A DNA stretch of 10,753 nucleotides from Tolypothrix carrinoi HA7290-LM1 (GTDB taxonomy: Bacteria; Cyanobacteriota; Cyanobacteriia; Cyanobacteriales; Nostocaceae): positions 1 through 10,753 of the forward strand of contig JAHHIK010000175.1 of the NCBI GenBank assembly GCA_019358935.1, written 5' to 3'. This document shows, piece after piece, positions 1 to 5,905 of the stretch (position 1 is the stretch's first letter; each line of letters starts with the position of its first letter). The translations under genes and the position numbers were made by a program. The notes under the pieces are model-generated. The model was not told where the DNA came from, did not search any database, and saw only the letters and a program-made list of their open reading frames with translations.

Positions 1-38
1 AGAAAGGCAGAGGGCAGGAGGCAGCTATGCTGAAGGAG

Positions 39-104
39 CAATCGGATGGGGATTCAAACCCCAACCGATTGAATCCACCGTGTAGACGGTGGGGTTTTAT
101 ACCC
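39..104. repeat. Cluster of short REP/SDR-like hairpins next to a GGCAG-type tandem repeat (5-24)
   Basis: CAATCGGATGGGG (39-51) pairs with CCCCAACCGATTG (59-71) with 1 mismatch. CCACCGT-gtag-ACGGTGG (75-92) is perfect. GGGT-N5-ACCC lies at 92-104. Confidence 0.65.
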
Positions 105-126
105 AGTTGGCTCCAGCCAGAAGGCT

Positions 127-336
127 TCATAAATATTTTTTAGTACTGAGAAGTTGGCTTGGCGATCGCACTTTTTTGGGTTCATCTAACAAAATCGCAT
201 TGCTCCCAATCTTATCCCGTAGATGATTTAACTTGTTAAGTGTGCTTTCCGTCAGAGTTTCTACAGTTTTCTCGATTGCTTTGGTAAATACTAAGGTAGC
301 GATACCAACAGCTGTCAGCGTTGTTACAGGTTCCAT
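127..336 (-). CDS. Short hypothetical protein, probably the truncated N-terminus of a cyanobacterial helical protein family
   Basis: ATG start. MEPVTTLTAVGIATLVFTKAIEKT resembles, from recollection, a common cyanobacterial N-terminus (MEP..TA..IA.L...KA.EK). The sequence after LRDKI looks unrelated and spans a HIP1 site. Confidence 0.45.
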   Translation of the reverse strand: MEPVTTLTAVGIATLVFTKAIEKTVETLTESTLNKLNHLRDKIGSNAILLDEPKKVRSPSQLLSTKKYL

Positions 337-417
337 AAACTAACTTCTAAGATTGCATTAATTATATCTATTACTGTATTTTGCAAGATTTCGGAAGATA
401 CTTAAAGTCTGTTATCA

Positions 418-600
418 CTGACATCTTGCACCAATGCCAACAACCGCCTTAGAATTCATTCTAAGGCTAATAGCTAAAGTCTTCTAAAGAAGACTGACTG
501 AACAAGGATTTGAGTCCACTTAAGTGGACTTTAGCTATTAGCCTGGAAATTAATTTCCAGGCGGGCGATGCTGCTAATCGAGAATGGTGCAAGATATCAG
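418..600. mobile_element. MITE (non-autonomous, 183 bp) with 16-bp TIRs and target-site duplication
   Basis: CTGACATCTTGCACCA (418-433) and TGGTGCAAGATATCAG (585-600) are inverted repeats, 15/16 identical. TTATCA is repeated directly at 412-417 and 601-606 (GTTATCAC if the terminal bases are counted). There is no transposase, and there are four internal hairpins. Confidence 0.88.
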
Positions 601-607
601 TTATCAC

Positions 608-1060
608 CTACTCTTGTAAAGGCAACACAGCAATCAACTGAGAAAATCTCGAAAAATCTCCTGTATTGTGAGTTAATAATTGCGGAATATGGTAAACTAA
701 CATTGTGGCGACAATATTTGCATCATGTACTTGCCTGCCACCACTGGGAATTTCTGACATTAAAGATAAAAGTCTTTCTGTTACCTGAGAATTATCTTCA
801 GCTACTCGAAATTGAGTTTGAAAAAATCGCACACGCTCAATTACTGTCGCTACAGGTCGAGGATTCATAAATGCTTGGGGACGGGTGAGAGTCGTCAAGA
901 ATTCCCGCAACACCTGACGACTAATCCATAACTCAATTCCTGCGTCATAACAATTTTGAATTGCTTCTAGTGCTGCTTGGTGAAAGACAGACTCAGACAC
1001 ATTTGCGTACACTAAAATATTCGTGTCCAGAAAAACAGAGTTAGCGTCCCCAGTCACCAT
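608..1060 (-). CDS. vapC: PIN-domain (VapC-type) toxin/ribonuclease, 150 aa
   Basis: PIN motifs VFLDTNILVYA, SRQVLREF, VHDANIVATM and LLTHNTGDF. Start placed at ATG 1060 (MVTGDANS), overlapping the end of the upstream antitoxin. Confidence 0.92.
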   Translation of the reverse strand: MVTGDANSVFLDTNILVYANVSESVFHQAALEAIQNCYDAGIELWISRQVLREFLTTLTRPQAFMNPRPVATVIERVRFFQTQFRVAEDNSQVTERLLSLMSEIPSGGRQVHDANIVATMLVYHIPQLLTHNTGDFSRFSQLIAVLPLQE

Positions 1061-1283
1061 ACATATCCTCACGTCTCAAAGAAAGATTTTCAGGAAAAGA
1101 ACCGTAACTGTCTACCGGAAAATCCAACGGAGGACGCTTTTCCTTCCTTTCTTCCTTCTCTAACAAAGACTTTTCATCAATTATCACCACCACTTGATGT
1201 TCACCAGGGGGAATATCAAGCGGTAATTGCAACGTAATTTTCCCATCACTTGTCACCGTCGCAATTGTTTGGATAGCTTTCAT
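1041..1283 (-). CDS. Putative antitoxin 2, cognate to the downstream PIN toxin; beta-rich, possibly AbrB-like N-terminus
   Basis: 80 aa, overlaps the PIN start by 20 nt, GGAG SD upstream. N-terminus ATVTSDGKITLQLP..IPPGEHQVVVII; C-terminal LRREDMY tail. Confidence 0.8.
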   Translation of the reverse strand: MKAIQTIATVTSDGKITLQLPLDIPPGEHQVVVIIDEKSLLEKEERKEKRPPLDFPVDSYGSFPENLSLRREDMYGDWGR

Positions 1284-1417
1284 ATAATTACTCCAATACT
1301 GCTTTGTTCATAACTTTGAATTGCGTTTATAGCAACCAAGTGTAAAGGATATTCAGGAACATTAGCATAAACCAAAATATTTGTGTCGATGAAAACAGCG
1401 GTATCACTCGTCTGCAT
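1280..1417 (-). pseudogene. Truncated PIN toxin (N-terminal ~40 codons), absent from the ORF track
   Basis: Manual translation from ATG 1417: MQTSDTAVFIDTNILVYANVPEYPLHLVAINAIQSYEQSSIGVII*. This aligns with the intact PIN N-terminus (SVFLDTNILVYANVSESVFHQAALEAIQNCYD). It overlaps the antitoxin 1 stop just as PIN overlaps antitoxin 2. Confidence 0.9.
1284..1303. repeat. Direct-repeat copy of the DUF790 3' end plus spacer (junction scar)
   Basis: ATAATTACTCCAATACTGCT (1284-1303) matches ATAATTACTCCAATGCTGCT (1641-1660) at 19/20. The latter contains the last codons and stop of DUF790. Confidence 0.9.
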
Positions 1418-1640
1418 ACAAGTCTTCTCTACGGAAAGTAACGCCTTCCGAAACTAATCCTACAGGATAAGCGGAAAATTTCAGCGGCATTCGCTTTTCC
1501 TTCGTCTGTACTTTCTCTACCAAAGGCTTTTCATCAATTATCACTACTACTTGATGTTCACCTGGGGGAATATCAGCCGATAACTGCAAGGTAATTTTCC
1601 CATCTGCTGTAACCGTGGCAATTGTTTGAATAGTTTTCAT
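1404..1640 (-). CDS. Putative antitoxin 1, paralog of 1041..1283, now orphaned
   Basis: 78 aa. The first 38 residues are 34/38 identical to antitoxin 2. The C-terminal half is diverged but keeps RRED.Y. Starts 4 nt after the DUF790 stop. Confidence 0.8.
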   Translation of the reverse strand: MKTIQTIATVTADGKITLQLSADIPPGEHQVVVIIDEKPLVEKVQTKEKRMPLKFSAYPVGLVSEGVTFRREDLYADE

Positions 1641-1644
1641 ATAA

Positions 1645-2859
1645 TTACTCCAATGCTGCTAATACTGCCTTCGGCAATAACTTATCTTTAAACCAAATAA
1701 TTCTAGCGGGAACATCATTTAATTTCACACCCGCTTTTTCCAAATTTAATCTTTCGGAAATTGCCAAAATCAAGTCATCACGTTCCGCACGTCGCACCTG
1801 TGAAAACTTCTTTTGTAAATATTCTGGACGCCAATAACCGACAATTTCTAATAAAAACGTCCGTCCATCAGGATGTACCAAACGAAAATCGGGAATCATC
1901 ACACTACCAGGAATCGGAACCAAATCAACTTCTCTCTCCAACACCCAATCACTTTTTAACGAATCCCACTTATCAGCAAAAGACGCTTCCAACATACTAT
2001 CGTAAGGCTTGCCAGGTGGATAATGAGACACCAAACCGCATTCAGAATTGAGAGTGAAACGTCCAGTTTTCCAACTATTAGTATAAAAATCGCGAGTTTG
2101 GAGAATAGAAGAAAGACTCCATCTGGTGACATGAAGTAAAGCGGGAATCATTTTAGCGATCGCTAAACCATATCGCGTGCTAGGATTAAACAAACTCGTC
2201 GGACCATCAATCGTAATTGTAAACCCGTGGTCAGCATCACCCTCAATATAAGCCATCAATTGAAACAGCTTTAAATAGCGAAACAAAAGCTTATATTCAC
2301 CCGGAACATTACGATGAGCATTTAAACTAAGTTGACTAGCCCGATAAAACACACCCTGCACTTGAGATAAATTATATCGATGTAACAAATCTTCAGGTCT
2401 TGGTGCATCAAAAGCAATCAAAATCTTATTTTCATTTAAATCAGCATATAACCCATCATGAACTTGTTGCGGTAAAACTTCCCGCTCAAATTCATGACTT
2501 AATTCATCAGCAATCTTGCTAAGTGTAGCTTGCGTTGATTGCGGACTTGAAACAGACTTTGCAGATAAAGCAAACACCCTTTCTCGTAACATTTGAGGTT
2601 CCAAAGGACTCACCACCTCAAAAGTGCAAAAACTGCCTTTCAAAATATAAGCCAATCCCCGCTTCACCTTATAATCAGTAGTATCACCCTCCAACTCCAA
2701 CAACTGACGTTCAAGAACACCCTGCGTCTTACCTACCGTCTCATGAAAACAAGCAATTAACTCAACAGCTAACTCCAAAGTCATCTTATCAAGCTTAAGT
2801 CTCTTCGGAATTATCTCCTCACCATTCTGACGATGAATTAGTAAATCTGTTGGTAACAT
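1645..2859 (-). CDS. DUF790 family protein (Bax1-like PD-(D/E)xK endonuclease)
   Basis: 404 aa. MLPTDLL N-terminus, RYNLSQVQG, IDGPTSLF..STRYG..A, YDSMLEASFA, and nuclease core MIPDF...LLEIVGYWRPEYLQKK. Directly downstream of an XPB-type helicase. Confidence 0.88.
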   Translation of the reverse strand: MLPTDLLIHRQNGEEIIPKRLKLDKMTLELAVELIACFHETVGKTQGVLERQLLELEGDTTDYKVKRGLAYILKGSFCTFEVVSPLEPQMLRERVFALSAKSVSSPQSTQATLSKIADELSHEFEREVLPQQVHDGLYADLNENKILIAFDAPRPEDLLHRYNLSQVQGVFYRASQLSLNAHRNVPGEYKLLFRYLKLFQLMAYIEGDADHGFTITIDGPTSLFNPSTRYGLAIAKMIPALLHVTRWSLSSILQTRDFYTNSWKTGRFTLNSECGLVSHYPPGKPYDSMLEASFADKWDSLKSDWVLEREVDLVPIPGSVMIPDFRLVHPDGRTFLLEIVGYWRPEYLQKKFSQVRRAERDDLILAISERLNLEKAGVKLNDVPARIIWFKDKLLPKAVLAALE

Positions 2860-2866
2860 TGGGATT

Positions 2867-2981
2867 GGTTAGTTGTTGGTTGTTAGTTGATAGTGGGCAT
2901 GGGGCATGGGGCATGGGGCATGGGGCATTGGTAATAATTCTTCCCTTTTCCCTTTCCCCTTTTCCCTTTCCCCTTTTCCCC
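2867..2981. repeat. Three adjacent heptamer STRR tracts
   Basis: Degenerate (TTGTTRG)n at ~2867-2893, (GGGGCAT)x5 at 2894-2928 with the first unit TGGGCAT, and (TTTYCCC)n at ~2941-2981. Confidence 0.9.
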
Positions 2982-2990
2982 TTCTTCCTG

Positions 2991-4559
2991 TTAGTTGTTG
3001 GTTTCTGATGAGTCTTTTGAATCTACATTATTTTTATTGGGTATTTTCGCTTTCTTCTCAACAGAATACTTAATTTCCATCTGTTCAGCAGCCTTATAAT
3101 CACTTTTCTGACCACTTCCATAAACAACATGCAAATTCCCTCTCTTATCCCTCCTATCTTCGTGTACTTCGCGGCTTCGCGGTTCGTTACTCCTCTCCCC
3201 CCTCCTCCTTGCCGAAGTATTCTCCTCACTCGTATCCTCCGCCACCACCTCATATAAAATCGCCTGCTTATTTGCGATATTACCCTTCCTTAAAACCCTC
3301 CCCAAACGTTGAATATATTCCCTCGCCGAACCAGTACCCGATAAAATAATCGCAATACTTGCAGCCGGCACATCAACACCTTCATTCAACACATGAGAAG
3401 CAACCAAACATTTATACTCCCCCTCCCGAAACTTCGTTAATATTTCATGGCGTTCTTTCACAGGAGTTTGATGAGTAATTGCCGGAATTAACAACTCACC
3501 AGAAATCCTGTAAACAGTCGCATTATCAGCCGTAAAAATCAAAATTCTTTCCGGATAATGTTCCGCAAGTAAATTCGTGAGAATTCGCAACTTTCCATCT
3601 GTACCCAAAGCGATTTCTTTCGCTTGACGGTGTGCTAACATAGCTCGACGTCCAGCAGGCGATCGCGCACTAAGAACCACAAAATATTGCCAACCCTTCA
3701 AACTCCCCAAAGAAATCTTTGATTGCTTCAAAAAATCATTGCGAGTTTGAATTAATTGATTGTATCTTTCTCGCTCAACTTGCGATAGCTTCACCTTAAT
3801 TTGTACAACTTCATGTTCTGCTAACGCCTTACCCGCCAAATCTTCAGCGCGTTTGCGATATACTTCTCTACCAATGAGAATATTTAAATCAGCGTGTTTG
3901 CCATCAGTGCGTTCTGGTGTTGCAGAAAGTCCGAGTCGATAGGGTGCGATCGCATATTCCGCAATCACCCGATTAAAATCAGTTGGCAAATGATGACACT
4001 CATCAAAAATCACCAAAGCATACTTATTCCCCAAACTTTCTGCGTGAATTGCCGCACTGTCGTAAGTCGCAACCAGTATCGGAGTTTTATCTCGCGATCC
4101 ACCCCCCAACAACCCCACCTCAGCATCAGGAAACGCTGCCATCAAATGTGCATACCACTGGTGCATCAAATCTAAAGTTGGCACCACAATTAGGGTTGTG
4201 CGCGGTGTTGCTTGCATCGCCATTTGCGCCAGATAAGTCTTTCCAGCCGCTGTGGGAAGCACCACTACCCCCTGTCTTCCTGCCAGTTTCCAAGCCGCTA
4301 ACGCCTCACTTTGATGGGGATAGGGTTCCATTTCCATACTCGCAACCAACTCTACCGGATGAAATGCCTTTGCTTCATCGATAAAATTAGTCTCTTCTGC
4401 TTGTAGCGCTTCTACTAAAAGTCGATATTGAATCGCCGGAATGCGGAATTTTTCTACTCTATCATCCCACGTAGCGTAATTCATCCAACCTTTGCCCCGC
4501 GCTGGTGGATGTAAAATTAATGTGCCGCGATCGAAAGTTAATGTGGGGGTACGAGCCAC
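2991..4559 (-). CDS. XPB/Rad25 (SSL2)-like superfamily 2 DExH helicase
   Basis: GTG start, 522 aa. Q-motif PYPHQSEAL, motif I LPTAAGKT, Ia IVVPT, II DECHH, III SAT followed by ERTD (position of the XPB RED motif), V EGVDVP, VI QRLGRVLR. Low-complexity C-terminal tail. Confidence 0.9.
   Translation of the reverse strand: MARTPTLTFDRGTLILHPPARGKGWMNYATWDDRVEKFRIPAIQYRLLVEALQAEETNFIDEAKAFHPVELVASMEMEPYPHQSEALAAWKLAGRQGVVVLPTAAGKTYLAQMAMQATPRTTLIVVPTLDLMHQWYAHLMAAFPDAEVGLLGGGSRDKTPILVATYDSAAIHAESLGNKYALVIFDECHHLPTDFNRVIAEYAIAPYRLGLSATPERTDGKHADLNILIGREVYRKRAEDLAGKALAEHEVVQIKVKLSQVERERYNQLIQTRNDFLKQSKISLGSLKGWQYFVVLSARSPAGRRAMLAHRQAKEIALGTDGKLRILTNLLAEHYPERILIFTADNATVYRISGELLIPAITHQTPVKERHEILTKFREGEYKCLVASHVLNEGVDVPAASIAIILSGTGSAREYIQRLGRVLRKGNIANKQAILYEVVAEDTSEENTSARRRGERSNEPRSREVHEDRRDKRGNLHVVYGSGQKSDYKAAEQMEIKYSVEKKAKIPNKNNVDSKDSSETNN
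3153..3189 (-). repeat. Small dispersed repeat lying in frame within the helicase tail
   Basis: Minus strand TAACGAACCGCGAAGCCGCGAAGTACACGAAGATAGG. The same repeat occurs, interrupted, on the plus strand at 4701-4833. Confidence 0.7.
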
Positions 4560-4700
4560 TCAGAAGCCTTAATAAGTAATATTATGTCCGTTTAATTACC
4601 CATAATAAAACATCTTTGTACTAAGAACTTCAGTCTCGATCTGATAATACGAATTTTAAAGCGAGTATTCTACTCCCTTCCCCCTCAAAAAATACCTATT

Positions 4701-4833
4701 TAACGAACCGCCCTTCGGGTTCGCCAGTCCCCCATCGTGACGGAAAGCGGAGCCACTGCGGTGGACGGGTCTCCCGGCATAAAGCAAGTGGCGTCCAAGA
4801 CGGGGGCTGGACTCACAAAGACACGAAGTACAC
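4701..4833 (+). repeat. Nested small-repeat composite (three layers)
   Basis: Outer layer TAACGAACCGC (4701-4711) + AAAGACACGAAGTACAC (4817-4833). Middle hairpin arms CCAGTCCCCC (4724-4733) / GGGGGCTGG (4802-4810). Inner element GCCACT (4752-4757)...AGTGGC (4787-4792) with a CGGG-tct-CCCG core. Confidence 0.72.
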
Positions 4834-4913
4834 TTTGGAAGAAAAGAAAGAAGATAGGTAATCTTGTAGCGGGAAGGGAGTAATCCCCATCCCCTCCACC
4901 TCCCCATGACAAT

Positions 4914-5489
4914 TTATTTCTTCATATTCCGTTTCATTTGTTCCAACTCATCTTGAGTTTCCCAGCGCAAAAACTTTTCTTCTAAGTCGTCAAATCCACT
5001 AGAAGAACTAGTGGCTTTATTCGACCAACCATTTGTTTCAAAGCGCTGCTGAGTTTGAGCTTTAGTACGCACTGTCTGTGCTTCAGCAGCTTTGGTTTGC
5101 ACTTCTTGACGGCGTGCTTGTATTTTTCGCAGTAATTCTTTAGATTGAGTAATGCGTTCTTTCAAGCCTTGCATTTGTCCCCAGCGCTGATTTCCTTCGC
5201 GCAACAAAGCTGCTTCTCGTTCTTGTGCTGCTGCTACTAAATCCTGTCTGTTAGCAGCTTGCGCTTTTTGAACGCGGATATGCCATCTTTGGATTTCTTG
5301 AGCGGTGGAGAGAATATCTTCTTGCGATCGCTTTTCCTGTACTTGTAAATCTGCAATCAACTTTAGCGTGTCTCCCTCTTGTTCGCGCAGTTGTTCTAAC
5401 AGCGCTTCTAACTCTAAATGCGGATTATTTCGCAGAAATTCTTCTAAACGGTTTTCGAGAAACCGACTCAAATCATCAAATAAGCCCAC
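4914..5489 (-). CDS. TIGR04376 family protein (cyanobacterial PspA/IM30-like coiled coil)
   Basis: Start reassigned to GTG 5489 (MGLFDDLSRFLENRLEEFL) with a GGAG SD upstream. Long coiled coil, W..R...A..A.R.DL...A..R PspA-like segment, and C-terminal LEEKF..WE.QDELEQMK. Confidence 0.85.
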   Translation of the reverse strand: MGLFDDLSRFLENRLEEFLRNNPHLELEALLEQLREQEGDTLKLIADLQVQEKRSQEDILSTAQEIQRWHIRVQKAQAANRQDLVAAAQEREAALLREGNQRWGQMQGLKERITQSKELLRKIQARRQEVQTKAAEAQTVRTKAQTQQRFETNGWSNKATSSSSGFDDLEEKFLRWETQDELEQMKRNMKK

Positions 5490-5629
5490 TGTCAGCACTC
5501 CAGAAGTCAGATGTGTGCTTTTATTGTAGTATTTGAAGCAATTATTTACGAGCGATCGCTTTTGCTACTGTTGTTTTGTTACACACGCTCGTAGTTGATA
5601 TTTTAATTAAGTTAGGCGATCGCTATGCG

Positions 5630-5635
5630 TATAAT
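5630..5635 (+). promoter_or_regulatory. Candidate -10 element for hicB
   Basis: Perfect TATAAT 40 nt upstream of the hicB ATG; no convincing -35. Confidence 0.35.
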
Positions 5636-5675
5636 TGAACAAGATATAAAGTTACATTCATATGGTAATTGAGAT

Positions 5676-5870
5676 ATGCGTTATCAAGTCAAGTTCAAAA
5701 AAAGTGATGAAGGATATGCTATTTGGTGTCCCGCTTTACCTGGATGTTGGACACAAGGATAAACAGAAGAAGAAGCTTTAGAAAATATTAAAGATGCTAT
5801 TCAAGTTTACCTTGATACTCTTGATTAATTGACACTAGATGCAGAAGCTCGTTATGTAGAAGTGGGATAA
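5676..5870 (+). pseudogene. hicB: hicB antitoxin pseudogene with two in-frame stops
   Basis: Manual translation: MRYQVKFKKSDEGYAIWCPALPGCWTQG*TEEEALENIKDAIQVYLDTLD*LTLDAEARYVEVG*. Contains the HicB motif P.LPGC.TQG.T.EEA..NI.DAI. TAA at 5760-5762 and 5826-5828. Confidence 0.92.
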
Positions 5871-5873
5871 TTT

Positions 5874-5894
5874 ATGCCTAGCTTACCAGGTATT
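5874..5894 (+). pseudogene. hicA: hicA toxin 5' stub (MPSLPGI), remainder deleted
   Basis: ATG 3 nt after the hicB stop. MP.LP is the typical HicA N-terminus in hicBA-order operons. Similarity ends after about 7 codons, just before the convergent peptidase stop. Confidence 0.6.
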
Positions 5895-5905
5895 GCTAGT
5901 TTAAT

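Noticed and set aside
418..600. Possible CRISPR array or tRNA in the hairpin clusters (also 4701-4833 and 8965-9079)
   Set aside because: No regularly spaced direct repeats with unique spacers, no cas genes, and no T-loop/anticodon/CCA pattern.
568..870. 100-aa plus-strand ORF
   Set aside because: Antisense to the PIN gene, starts inside the MITE, and has no recognisable motifs.
608..1640. Absence of HIP1 in the TA cassettes as evidence of foreign origin
   Set aside because: At about 1.2 sites per kb in this window, a 1-kb gap is unremarkable; similar gaps occur inside the helicase and mnmG.
1761..4384. ORFs 1761..2051, 3023..3253, 3760..3942, 3894..4175 and 3983..4384
   Set aside because: Antisense or alternate-frame shadows of DUF790 and the helicase, with no family signal.
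4617..4629. TGTAC-taa-GAACT upstream of the helicase as a cyanobacterial LexA box
   Set aside because: The spacer is 3 nt, one short of the RGTAC-N4-GTWC consensus as I recall it; not supportable without conservation data.
4871..4905. G/C-run hairpin after TIGR04376 as an intrinsic terminator
   Set aside because: The stem is imperfect and has no adjacent U-tract; it looks like a degenerate repeat.
4656..4912. ORFs 4656..4907 and 4700..4912
   Set aside because: Open frames running through the GC-rich nested repeat; explained by repeat composition.
5760..5828. Stop-codon readthrough or recoding of TAA in hicB
   Set aside because: TAA terminates several intact genes in this window and the partner hicA is deleted; simple decay explains it.
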